Origin: Clostridia bacterium
GTDB lineage: Bacteria > Bacillota > Clostridia > CAKSNL01 > HGM11501
NCBI GenBank assembly: GCA_045545475.1
Contig: JAZQAZ010000010.1
Coordinates: 32,001-96,000, forward strand
Length of the DNA stretch: 64,000 bases
Direction: 5' to 3'
The translations under genes and the position numbers were made by a program. The notes below the pieces were generated by a model that saw only the letters and a program-made list of their open reading frames with translations, ran no database searches and was not told the origin of the DNA. This document shows, piece by piece, positions 10,265-19,534 of this stretch; within the stretch, counting starts at the first letter, position 1; each line of letters begins with the position of its first letter.

Positions 10265-10750
10265 TCACTTTTTTCGTTCGTAAACTAAATATGCAAAAGG
10301 TATATCATTGTGATACATTGTTTCGCCTGTTTCTGTTATTTCCCAGGCACAATCTTCGTCAAGGTTGGGAAAGAATCTGTCTGCATCAAATGCCTTGTCG
10401 ATTTTTGTTATGTATGCCTTGTCAACATAGGGGAGAAGTGCCCTGTAAATACTTTCGCCGCCGAATACAAAGGCACGGTCAAAGGTTTTTGCAACTTCTA
10501 CCGCTTCATCAACGCTGTGAACAACGGTAACATCCTTGTCAATAACTTCATCGGGGAAGCATAAAACTATGTGCGGTCTTCCGGGAAGGGGATTTCCTCC
10601 GGGAAGGGACTCTAAAGTTTTCTTACCCATGATGAGGGCATGGCCCCAGGTTATTTCCTTAACTCTCTTAAGGTCACCGGGAAGATGGCATAAAAGGTCA
10701 TTTCCCTTACCGATACCCCAGTTTTTATCTACAGCAACGATTAATTCCAT
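10265..10750 (-). CDS. folA: dihydrofolate reductase
   Basis: IVAVDKNWGIG, IMGKKTLESLP, PLPGR, FGGESIY, ADRFFP. Confidence 0.93.
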   Translation of the reverse strand: MELIVAVDKNWGIGKGNDLLCHLPGDLKRVKEITWGHALIMGKKTLESLPGGNPLPGRPHIVLCFPDEVIDKDVTVVHSVDEAVEVAKTFDRAFVFGGESIYRALLPYVDKAYITKIDKAFDADRFFPNLDEDCAWEITETGETMYHNDIPFAYLVYERKK

Positions 10751-10788
10751 ATAAATTTTCCTTTCTTTTTCTTGTATAATGTGAATTT

Positions 10789-11622
10789 TTATACAGCTAC
10801 GGGAAGTTTTCCTACTTTTCCGCTGTGTTCATAGTTTTCAAGTATAAAGCTGTCGGGAGTAAAGTCGTAGAAGTTCTTTACCTCGGGATCTATTATAAGC
10901 TTCGGAGCAGGATGCATTTCACGCTGAATAACCTCTTTTACTATGGGAACATGTCTGTCGTATATATGAGCGTCAGCTATTACATGGACAAGTTCGCCTG
11001 CTTTGAGGCCGGAAGATGCGGCAAACATATGAAGTAAAATTGCATACTGTGCAACATTCCAGTTGTTTGCAACCAGAAAGTCGTTGGAGCGCTGATTTAA
11101 GATTGCATTAAGTGTATTTCCGGAAACGTTTAGTGTAAAGCTGTAGGCACAGGGATAGAGAGCCATATCGCAAAGCTCTTCATGATTGAACATGTTGCCG
11201 ATGATTCTGCGGCTTCCGGGATTATGCTTAAGCTCATAGAGCATCATATCAACCTGGTCCATTTCGCCTTCTTTATATTTGCTCTTTTTGCCAAGCTGAT
11301 AGCCGTACGCTTTGCCGATAGTTCCGTTTTCATCTGCCCATGCATCCCAAATTTTGGAATTAAGGTCACAGATACGGTTGGACTTTTTCTGCCATATCCA
11401 CAAAATTTCGTCAACTGCTGCCTTGAAGTTTATATAGCGGAGTGTCTGAATGGGAAATTCCTCTGCCAGGTTGTACCTGTTTACCATGCCGAACTTTTTA
11501 ATGGTGTGGGCAGGAGATAAGTCGTCCGCCCATTTGGGACGTACCGGACGGTCTGTATCCCACACACCGTTAGTTAAGATATCGTTAACGTTTTCTATAA
11601 AGAGTTGATCAGCTTTGCTCAT
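10789..11622 (-). CDS. thyA: thymidylate synthase
   Basis: SRR, MALYPC, QRSND, NVAQY, DAHIYDRH. Confidence 0.95.
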   Translation of the reverse strand: MSKADQLFIENVNDILTNGVWDTDRPVRPKWADDLSPAHTIKKFGMVNRYNLAEEFPIQTLRYINFKAAVDEILWIWQKKSNRICDLNSKIWDAWADENGTIGKAYGYQLGKKSKYKEGEMDQVDMMLYELKHNPGSRRIIGNMFNHEELCDMALYPCAYSFTLNVSGNTLNAILNQRSNDFLVANNWNVAQYAILLHMFAASSGLKAGELVHVIADAHIYDRHVPIVKEVIQREMHPAPKLIIDPEVKNFYDFTPDSFILENYEHSGKVGKLPVAV

Positions 11623-11836
11623 ACAATAATCCCTCGCTTAATATATTTATCTAATATATTATTATAATATAATGCGAAGCAAATTGCAATAGCGGATATC
11701 CTTATTTTTTGATAAAATTGCAACATAAACTACTGCATAAAAGATGTATTTTTATGCTTTAAGTAATATTGATTTTTAATAATTTCCGTGCTATACTTAT
11801 TAAAATAGGTAAAATTTAAATTTCGGAGGTTTTGAC

Positions 11837-12916
11837 ATGAAAAATTATAACGTTGGTATTATCGGTGCGACCGGTATGGTAGGTCAGAGACTTATCACAC
11901 TGTTACATGATCATCCCTGGTTTAAGATAACCGTGCTTGCGGCATCCGGTGCAAGTGCAGGAAAAACATATGAAGAAGCAGTAAAAGGCAGATGGGCAAT
12001 GACTACTCCCATGCCCGAAAGCGTTGCTAAAATAAACGTGCTTGATGCAACGGCAGACGATAAGAAAATTGCAGAGCAGGTTGACTTTGTTTTTTGTGCG
12101 GTAAACATGAAAAAGGACGAAATAAAGGCACTTGAGGAGCATTATGCAAAACTTGAAGTTCCCGTAATCTCCAATAACTCCGCTCACAGAATGACAGAGG
12201 ATGTTCCTATGATTATTCCCGAGATTAACGCAGATCACCTTGAGATAATCGATGTTCAGAGAAAGAGACTTGGTACAAAGAAGGGCTTTATTGCAGTTAA
12301 GTCCAACTGCTCCATCCAGAGCTATGTGCCCGCACTTAATGCTTTAATGAAGTATGGTATAAAGGAAGTTGCGGTATCCACATATCAGGCGATTTCCGGT
12401 GCAGGAAAAACCTTTGAAAGATGGCCCGAAATGATAGATAACGTAATTCCTTATATCGGTGGAGAAGAGGAAAAGAGCGAGAAAGAACCCATGAAGGTTT
12501 GGGGACATATTGAGGACGGAAAAATTGTTATGGCAGAGTCACCCGTAATCACCGCTCAGTGCATAAGAGTTCCTGTAACAGACGGTCATCTTGCAACAGT
12601 TTTTGTAAAGTTTGATAAAAAGCCTACTAAGGAAGAAATATTGAAGGACTGGGCAGAGTTTTCCGGCGAGCCTCAGGCACTTTCACTTCCTCATGCTCCC
12701 AAGCAGTTCTTGCACTACTTTACAGAGGATGACAGACCCCAGACAAAGTCAGAACGTGATTTAGAAGGCGGTATGGCTGTAAGCGTGGGAAGACTCAGAG
12801 AAGATACACTTTTTGACTACAAATTTGTTTCCCTTTCTCACAACACCTTAAGAGGTGCTGCAGGTGGCGGTGTGCTCCTTGCGGAGCTCCTTGCCGCAAA
12901 GGGTTATTTTGACTGA
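11837..12916 (+). CDS. asd: aspartate-semialdehyde dehydrogenase
   Basis: GATGMVGQ, SNCS catalytic Cys, QAISGAG, HNTLRGAAG. Confidence 0.95.
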   Translation: MKNYNVGIIGATGMVGQRLITLLHDHPWFKITVLAASGASAGKTYEEAVKGRWAMTTPMPESVAKINVLDATADDKKIAEQVDFVFCAVNMKKDEIKALEEHYAKLEVPVISNNSAHRMTEDVPMIIPEINADHLEIIDVQRKRLGTKKGFIAVKSNCSIQSYVPALNALMKYGIKEVAVSTYQAISGAGKTFERWPEMIDNVIPYIGGEEEKSEKEPMKVWGHIEDGKIVMAESPVITAQCIRVPVTDGHLATVFVKFDKKPTKEEILKDWAEFSGEPQALSLPHAPKQFLHYFTEDDRPQTKSERDLEGGMAVSVGRLREDTLFDYKFVSLSHNTLRGAAGGGVLLAELLAAKGYFD

Positions 12917-12933
12917 TTTAAGGAGGCAGAAAA

Positions 12934-13821
12934 ATGAAGCACACAATATTTAAAGGTGCGGCAGTTGCACTTATCACTCCCTTTAATGCTGACGGAAGCA
13001 TTAATTATGAGGAGTTTGGTAAAATTATTGACGATCAGATTAACGGCGGAACAGATGCCTTGGTTGTTTGCGGAACAACAGGTGAGCCTTCCACAATGCC
13101 CGACGAGGAGCATATCGAGGCTATGAAGTTTGCCGTTGACTACACTAAAAAGAGAGTTCCTGTTATCGCAGGAACAGGAAGCAACGATACAGCATACTGT
13201 ATCGAACTTTCTGAAAAGGCTGAAAAGATGGGTGCGGACGCACTTTTGCTTGTAACACCTTACTATAACAAGTGCACACAGAAGGGACTTAAGTTTCATT
13301 ATGAGGCGGTAGCTAAAAAGGTTGACCTTCCCATGATTTTATATTCCGTAAAGTCGAGAACAGGTGTAAACATTGCCCCTGAAACTCTTGCGGAACTTTC
13401 AAAAGTCGACAACATCGTTGCTGTTAAGGAAGCCAGCGGAGATATTTCCCAGGTTGCGAAAATCGCATCACTTTGCGGAGACAGACTGGATATTTATTCA
13501 GGTAACGACGATCAGATTATTCCCATCCTTGCCCTCGGCGGTATAGGTGTAATCTCCGTGCTTTCCAACGTAGCTCCCCGCCTTACACACGATATGGTTA
13601 TGGATTACTTAAACGGAAATACTGAAAAGGCACTTGCAACTCAGCTTTCCGTGCTTGACTTGGTTGATGCATTATTCTGTGAGGTTAACCCCATCCCCGT
13701 AAAGACCGCGATGAACCTTATGGGATACAATGCAGGTCCTTTGAGACTTCCTCTTTGCGAAATGGAAGAAAAGAATCTTGAAACCTTAAAGGCGGCATTA
13801 AAGCATCACAATCTTATATAA
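12934..13821 (+). CDS. dapA: 4-hydroxy-tetrahydrodipicolinate synthase
   Basis: GTTGE, VTPYYNK, VKEASG, SGNDD, NPIPVK. Confidence 0.95.
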   Translation: MKHTIFKGAAVALITPFNADGSINYEEFGKIIDDQINGGTDALVVCGTTGEPSTMPDEEHIEAMKFAVDYTKKRVPVIAGTGSNDTAYCIELSEKAEKMGADALLLVTPYYNKCTQKGLKFHYEAVAKKVDLPMILYSVKSRTGVNIAPETLAELSKVDNIVAVKEASGDISQVAKIASLCGDRLDIYSGNDDQIIPILALGGIGVISVLSNVAPRLTHDMVMDYLNGNTEKALATQLSVLDLVDALFCEVNPIPVKTAMNLMGYNAGPLRLPLCEMEEKNLETLKAALKHHNLI

Positions 13822-13835
13822 AAGGACTGTTACAT

Positions 13836-14588
13836 ATGATAAAGATATTACTTAACGGTGCCAACGGAAGAATGGGGCAGGAAATTGCCCGTCTTGCATC
13901 AGAGTCGGAAACTTATGAAATTGCCTGCGGTGTTGACTCCTACACAGAAAAGGAAAACAGCTTTCCTGTGTATAAGACGCTTAATGAGGTTCATGAAGAC
14001 TTTGACGTTATTATAGACTTTTCCAACGCATCCGGCCTTGAGGATTTGCTTCTTTTTGCAGTAAGAACTAAGAAAGGCGTTATAATTTCCACAACAGGGC
14101 ATACACCTGAGCAGAAGGAGCTTATGAAGGAAGCGTCCAAGGAAATCCCGGTATTCTTTTCTGCAAATATGTCCCTTGGAATAAACCTCCTGATTGACCT
14201 TGCAAAGAAGGCGGCACTTATTTTAGGCGATGCTTATGACATCGAAATTGTGGAAAAGCACCACAATCAGAAGCTTGACGCTCCCAGCGGAACGGCCTTG
14301 GCGATAGCTGACGGAATTTCTGAAGTGGAGCCTTCTCCCATGGAGTATACCTATGACCGTCACGCCGTAAGAAAGAAAAGAGATAAAAAGGAAATCGGTA
14401 TATCTTCCGTTCGTGGCGGAACAATCGTCGGTGAACACGAAGTGCTTTTCTGCGGCCCCGATGAAATTATCGAAATCAAGCATCATGCGGCATCAAGAAG
14501 AGTGTTTGCTGAAGGTGCACTCCGTGCGGCGGGATACCTTTACGGTAAGAAACCCGGAATGTACAGCATGAAGGATATGTTAAACTGA
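13836..14588 (+). CDS. dapB: 4-hydroxy-tetrahydrodipicolinate reductase
   Basis: GANGRMG, EKHHNQKLDAPSGTA, GEHEV. Confidence 0.95.
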   Translation: MIKILLNGANGRMGQEIARLASESETYEIACGVDSYTEKENSFPVYKTLNEVHEDFDVIIDFSNASGLEDLLLFAVRTKKGVIISTTGHTPEQKELMKEASKEIPVFFSANMSLGINLLIDLAKKAALILGDAYDIEIVEKHHNQKLDAPSGTALAIADGISEVEPSPMEYTYDRHAVRKKRDKKEIGISSVRGGTIVGEHEVLFCGPDEIIEIKHHAASRRVFAEGALRAAGYLYGKKPGMYSMKDMLN

Positions 14589-14618
14589 AAAAAATGCACC
14601 CGACGGGTGCATTTTTTT
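14588..14618 (+). terminator. intrinsic terminator of asd-dapA-dapB
   Basis: AAAAAAATGCACCCG-A-CGGGTGCATTTTTTT. Confidence 0.85.
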
Positions 14619-14752
14619 CATTATTAAGTTGCTGCATTACATGTTTAAGCGATTTATATGCCCTGGGGAAAAGATGGCATATCGGGCCAGGAAAAGGTGT
14701 TTTTAAACAAAAATATTGCTGTATTTTCGGCATATTAAAAAGCCGATAACTA

Positions 14753-14781
14753 TTGACAATGAATATGGGGTATGATATAAT
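14753..14781 (+). promoter_or_regulatory. sigma-A promoter of the island
   Basis: TTGACA-N17-TATAAT with extended -10 TG. Confidence 0.8.
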
Positions 14782-14917
14782 TTTACAAAATGTGTCATCG
14801 TATGAAATGTTAGGACATTATTTTAACTTTTAATGCTTCATGACAGTTGAATGAAGGCGATGCCGGCATAAAAACTGTTGTTTGGCGGAAAATGAAAACT
14901 TGAAAGGATGTGATTGT

Positions 14918-16225
14918 ATGGGTAAATTTGTTGCCGGAGATAAGCTCGTTTCAAAAAGCGGGGTAAATATCACGGTAAAGAAGTTCATTGGAGAAGGTGG
15001 ACAAGGTGCGGTTTATCTGGTTGATTACGGCGGAACGGAAAAGGCCCTTAAGTATTATCATAAAAGTTATATGAAAAGACTGGATACTGAAAGCTTTTAC
15101 AAAAATCTAAATCAAAACATTGCAAACGGTGCACCGGCAAAGTCATTCCTTTGGCCACAGGACCTTACAAAGTGGAGTGGGAAGGCAGATGAGCAATATG
15201 GATACATAATGGATGTTCGCCCGCCGGAATATAATGAATTGACTGATTTTTATCTGCTGAATGTAAAATTCAAATCGGACTTTGAGTTGTTGACCGCATG
15301 CATAAATATTGTCCAAGCATTCAGAGCTTTACATAACAACGGATGCAGCTATCAGGACCTTAATAACGGTAATTTCTTTATTAATAAAGATACGGGTGAT
15401 GTGCTAATTTGCGATAATGACAATGTGTCCGTTAACGAGGAAAATTTCGGCATAAAGGGTAAGCAGCGATATATGGCTCCGGAGGTGGTATTGGGCGGAA
15501 CGCCTAATAAGTATTCTGACCGTTTTTCTCTGGCTGTTATATTGTTCAGAATGATTTTCGGAGGGCAGCATCCTTTTGAGGGTAAATATTCAACACCTCC
15601 GTGTATGACTTTTGAATACGAAAGGCTGTATTACGGTGAAGATCCTGTGTTCCTTTTTGATCCTGTTGATAAAAGAAACGCTCCCGTTTCTTATTTACAC
15701 TCAGGAGCTATGATGCTTTGGCCGTTATACCCTGAATATTTACGTAATTTGTTCATTGAAACGTTTAATAAAAATGGAATCAAAAACCCCGAAAAAAGAC
15801 CTATAGAAGCTACGTGGCTTGAAACCTTAGTAAAGCTCAGAGGTGAATGGGTAAAATGTCCGAAGTGCGGAAGAGAAGGGTATCTTAATGCTCATGAAGC
15901 TGTACCCTGCTCCAAATGCGGAATAAGTTTGAGAGCACCGTATAACTTCGTTGGAGATTCGATGGAGATTCCTGTTGTGCCGGGAACGTATATATGCAAA
16001 TTTCAAATTGATAACACAAGCAATGAGTTTAACAACTTCATAGGACAAGTGCTGAAGCATGAAGTTACGAAGGAAGTTGGGTTATTCAATACTTCCAAAG
16101 AACCGTGGACAGCAATCCACGCTAATGGGAAAACTGAGGTTGTGAATCGAGGCGAAGTTGTCGTTATCGAACCTGACTTGATAGTGATGATCAGTAATAA
16201 AAAATACACATTTAAAAAAGTATGA
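14918..16225 (+). CDS. Ser/Thr protein kinase, TerY-P triad type, with Zn ribbon and C-terminal beta domain
   Basis: GEGGQGAVY glycine loop, ALK, YQDLNNGN catalytic loop, CDNDN in place of DFG, YMAPE, CPKC..CSKC; RBS AAGGA before ATG 14918. Confidence 0.9.
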   Translation: MGKFVAGDKLVSKSGVNITVKKFIGEGGQGAVYLVDYGGTEKALKYYHKSYMKRLDTESFYKNLNQNIANGAPAKSFLWPQDLTKWSGKADEQYGYIMDVRPPEYNELTDFYLLNVKFKSDFELLTACINIVQAFRALHNNGCSYQDLNNGNFFINKDTGDVLICDNDNVSVNEENFGIKGKQRYMAPEVVLGGTPNKYSDRFSLAVILFRMIFGGQHPFEGKYSTPPCMTFEYERLYYGEDPVFLFDPVDKRNAPVSYLHSGAMMLWPLYPEYLRNLFIETFNKNGIKNPEKRPIEATWLETLVKLRGEWVKCPKCGREGYLNAHEAVPCSKCGISLRAPYNFVGDSMEIPVVPGTYICKFQIDNTSNEFNNFIGQVLKHEVTKEVGLFNTSKEPWTAIHANGKTEVVNRGEVVVIEPDLIVMISNKKYTFKKV

Positions 16226-16243
16226 ATTTAGGAGGAAAAAAAC

Positions 16244-17020
16244 ATGCAGGATATTGAAATAACCGCCCCAATCAGAAAAGTGATGACTTTATTTTTATTG
16301 GTTGACACATCAGGAAGTATGATAGGAGATAAAATACAAGCCGTAAAGTCAGCTATCGAAGAAGTGAAGGTACAGTTGGCTGACTTATCAAAGAAAAATG
16401 ACGATGCGGAAATCAGATTTGCTGTAATGTCATTTGGTAAGGAGGTTAACTGGTTAACACCGAAGCCTGCTGCCCCCGAAAGTATTGACGTTAGCGGTAT
16501 TATCGCAGTTGAAAAGGCTCTTACACCCATGGGTGCAGCATGTGCAGAGCTTGAAAGTAAACTGTCGAGAAGTGAATTTCTTGAAGATGTTGGAAACTAT
16601 CCGCCTGTCACCATTTTGTTGAGTGACGGTTTTCCGACGGATAATTTTACCAGCGGATTAAATACGCTTAAGCAGAATAACTGGTTTAAGCGTGCCATCA
16701 AAGTTGCTTTTGCAATAGGAGCAGAGGCTGACAGGGATATACTGACACAGTTTACCGGAAGCAGCGAAACAGTAATAGGTGTAAACGATGCGGCTACACT
16801 TAAGGCATTGCTCGAAAAGGTTTCTGTTATTACTTCAGATTTCCAGAGTAAGCCTAAAGAAACAAAAGATGCCAAAGATGCCAAAGATGCCGAAGATCCT
16901 ACAGCAGATGCTGAAAAATTAGTTCAACAGGCGATTGAAAACGTTGACGTTGATACTGAAAAAATTGCCGTCGGAGATAATCCTGTAAAAATGCCTGAAG
17001 GTTGGGGTATATGGAAATAA
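16244..17020 (+). CDS. terY: TerY-like vWA domain protein
   Basis: MIDAS DTSGS, TPMG, LLSDG; Gly-Trp C-terminal tail; lies between kinase and PP2C. Confidence 0.85.
   Translation: MQDIEITAPIRKVMTLFLLVDTSGSMIGDKIQAVKSAIEEVKVQLADLSKKNDDAEIRFAVMSFGKEVNWLTPKPAAPESIDVSGIIAVEKALTPMGAACAELESKLSRSEFLEDVGNYPPVTILLSDGFPTDNFTSGLNTLKQNNWFKRAIKVAFAIGAEADRDILTQFTGSSETVIGVNDAATLKALLEKVSVITSDFQSKPKETKDAKDAKDAEDPTADAEKLVQQAIENVDVDTEKIAVGDNPVKMPEGWGIWK
16865..16900 (+). repeat. 9-bp tandem repeat (KDA)x3 in the vWA tail
   Basis: AAAGATGCC x3 plus a degenerate GAAGATCCT. Confidence 0.7.
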
Positions 17021-17038
17021 TAAGTAGGGGAGTGCCTA

Positions 17039-18436
17039 ATGGAAATGTATAAAGCTTTTGCATCCAGTACAATTGGCGCATACCATATCAAAAAAAATAT
17101 ATGTTGCCAGGATGCCGTTGGGAAGTATGAAGACGAGAAAATGAACATCGTCGCTGTGGCTGACGGGCATGGCTCTCCTCAATATTTCCGCTCCGACAGA
17201 GGGGCAAGATTTGCTGTTGAGGCTGCTATTGACTGTGTTAAAAATTTCGTCAATAGTTTTGAAGCTGATTGCGAAAACTCAGAAGAGTCAATATTTGTCC
17301 ATAAGAAAAACCGTGACGTGGTAATGGCTGACCTGCAGAAAAGTATTTTAGTTGCATGGCACCTCAAGGTTGAACAGGATTTTAAGGCTGAACCTTTTTG
17401 CGAAGAAGATATAGAAAAATTTGGAGAAAGGTATGTAACCAGGTTAAAAAAGGGAAAGATTGAGTGGGCATACGGTGCAACGATTATCGTTGCGGTTGTT
17501 ACGGCTGAGTTTTGGCTTGCACTTCAGATTGGCGATGGTAAATGTGTTATCGTTGACGATGAAAAAAATGTGAGCATACCGATTCCGGAAGATCCCAACT
17601 GCGAAGATAATATCACAACTTCGATTTGTCAGGATGAGGCAAGGGACAGTTTCAGATACTATTTGGACAAAAAAATTCCTGTTGCCGTATTCCTGGGAAG
17701 TGACGGCGTTGAGAAGTCTTACAGAGATGACCCCGATCTTCTGATAAAGTTTTACAGAAGTGTTGTTCCTGCATTTAGAGACAACTTTGACGAGGGAGCA
17801 AAAGTGGTTGAAGACTATCTGCCAGTCATCACCCAAAAAGGTTATGGTGATGACACGTCGATAGCGGGAATTATTCACACCGAGAAGATAAAAGCTTGTG
17901 CTGAAGTGTTCTCCGAAATGAGAGCAGAAGAAAAGCATGAAGAGTCCATGAAGGATTTCGACGAGAAATTGCAAAAAAAGAAGACTCAATTTGAAAACAA
18001 TTCTGCTGCAATCGAAGAACTCAATGCAAAGATTTCAGCTTTGGAACAGTTGCATGCAACCCTTAGCGTTGATTTTGAAAGAAAGAATAAAGAAATCGAT
18101 GAGTTAAAGGAAAAAATTACTTCTTTGGAAAAAGAGAAAGAAGACTTCTCAAAACTGATGGAAGAAAAAAAGTGTTTTGCTGAAGAAATCAAGAGAGAAG
18201 TACAAAAGATAAAAACCGACATGGAAGCGGAGATGGGGAAATATAAAGAAGAGCAACTCAAAAAAGAAAAGAAAAACGAAGAAGGTTCAGATGATGTTGC
18301 TCCCGCAGAAGAGCCGGTTGAAACTGAAGATCAAGAGAAAAAAAGTTTCATTAAAAGTATTTCTGAATTTTTATGCAAAACCGGTGCTAAAATTGGCGAA
18401 GAAGCAGAAAAACGCGAAAATACACCTAAAGCATAA
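17039..18436 (+). CDS. PP2C-family phosphatase (TerY-P type) with long C-terminal coiled coil
   Basis: CQD, VADGHGS, QIGDG, GSDGV, DDTS motifs; E/K-rich heptads after ~aa 290. Confidence 0.88.
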   Translation: MEMYKAFASSTIGAYHIKKNICCQDAVGKYEDEKMNIVAVADGHGSPQYFRSDRGARFAVEAAIDCVKNFVNSFEADCENSEESIFVHKKNRDVVMADLQKSILVAWHLKVEQDFKAEPFCEEDIEKFGERYVTRLKKGKIEWAYGATIIVAVVTAEFWLALQIGDGKCVIVDDEKNVSIPIPEDPNCEDNITTSICQDEARDSFRYYLDKKIPVAVFLGSDGVEKSYRDDPDLLIKFYRSVVPAFRDNFDEGAKVVEDYLPVITQKGYGDDTSIAGIIHTEKIKACAEVFSEMRAEEKHEESMKDFDEKLQKKKTQFENNSAAIEELNAKISALEQLHATLSVDFERKNKEIDELKEKITSLEKEKEDFSKLMEEKKCFAEEIKREVQKIKTDMEAEMGKYKEEQLKKEKKNEEGSDDVAPAEEPVETEDQEKKSFIKSISEFLCKTGAKIGEEAEKRENTPKA

Positions 18437-18454
18437 ATCAAATTTATTATGATT

Positions 18455-18483
18455 ATAACGGGGGTGTTCCACACCCCCGTTAT
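18455..18483 (+). other. intergenic 13-bp stem-loop (terminator or RNA processing/stabilising hairpin)
   Basis: ATAACGGGGGTGT-TCC-ACACCCCCGTTAT; no clear T tract, next RBS follows at once. Confidence 0.6.
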
Positions 18484-18503
18484 TAATTGGGAGAGGGAAC
18501 TTT

Positions 18504-19511
18504 ATGCTTGAAGAATATGTGAAATTCTATTATATGGTACTAAACGATAAGGAAAAAGAAATTTACATGACATTTTATAATGCTTTTAAGAAACGGGAAA
18601 AAAGTATTAAAATAAATGCAAATCCTAAAGTGTTTACAATAGATGATATCATCAAAATTATGAAGTATGTTTATAATGATACCCCTGCGTTTTATTACCT
18701 GGATTTATATTGTTGTGAATACTATATATTACCGGATGGTTATATTTATAAGCAAGAATATTTATATACCGAAGAGCAGATCGCAAAGTTTGATGCTATG
18801 CTGGAAAGCGTACTGATAACGTTCAAAAATAACTATATAAAAAAAGGTATGAGCGATTATGACAAAGAACTTGTGATACATGATTATCTTGTTCGGACAA
18901 TAAAATACGATAAAAAAGAAGCGGACGAAGATAGAGTAATTGCTGACGAGGCATACAATGTGTTGGGTGCTTTGATTAAAAGAGAGGCTGTGTGTTGGGG
19001 AATTGCATGTGCATTTAAATTGCTGTGCGATTATTGTAAAGTGAAATGTTTTGTGGCAATTGGAAAGTCTGTTCCCAGTAACGGAGACTCAGGACACGCC
19101 TGGAATATAGTTAGAATAGAAGATAAAGAGTACCATGTTGATGTAACATGGGACCTTAAAGATAAAAAGGATATTTCGTTTTGCTATGATTATTTTAATT
19201 TAGACGATTTTTTGATAAAGTTTGACCATACATGGGACAGCAAACTTTATCCGAAGTGTTGCAGTATAGAACATAACTATTACTATAGACACAAACTATT
19301 TGTAAAAGAACTGTCTGATATTAAGGATTTTGTCAAAGAAAAATTAAAACAGAAAGAAACATATATAGCTTTTAAGTTTGCCGGTGATATGCCATCTAGT
19401 GAAAAAATAGACCGTGAAATCACAAAAGGTTTTTTAATGGCACTTGCATTCAAATCATATGCTTGTCTGATTTCGGAAAAAACGCACAATATATATATTG
19501 AGATACGGTGA
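18504..19511 (+). CDS. transglutaminase-like (Cys-His-Asp) domain protein
   Basis: IHDYL, AVCWGIA (Cys), GHAWN (His), HVDVTWD (Asp). Confidence 0.88.
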   Translation: MLEEYVKFYYMVLNDKEKEIYMTFYNAFKKREKSIKINANPKVFTIDDIIKIMKYVYNDTPAFYYLDLYCCEYYILPDGYIYKQEYLYTEEQIAKFDAMLESVLITFKNNYIKKGMSDYDKELVIHDYLVRTIKYDKKEADEDRVIADEAYNVLGALIKREAVCWGIACAFKLLCDYCKVKCFVAIGKSVPSNGDSGHAWNIVRIEDKEYHVDVTWDLKDKKDISFCYDYFNLDDFLIKFDHTWDSKLYPKCCSIEHNYYYRHKLFVKELSDIKDFVKEKLKQKETYIAFKFAGDMPSSEKIDREITKGFLMALAFKSYACLISEKTHNIYIEIR

Positions 19512-19534
19512 TAAGCACATAAGGAGATTTAGGT

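Noticed and set aside
11623-11836. Expected lysine riboswitch upstream of asd-dapA-dapB
   Set aside because: Region is AT-rich with divergent promoter-like sequence only; no L-box helices or conserved motifs seen
14620-14917. Island left flank examined for att sites, tRNA, IS ends or a structured leader
   Set aside because: No tRNA, integrase or direct repeat matching the right flank was found by eye; only weak inverted repeats in the 130-nt leader
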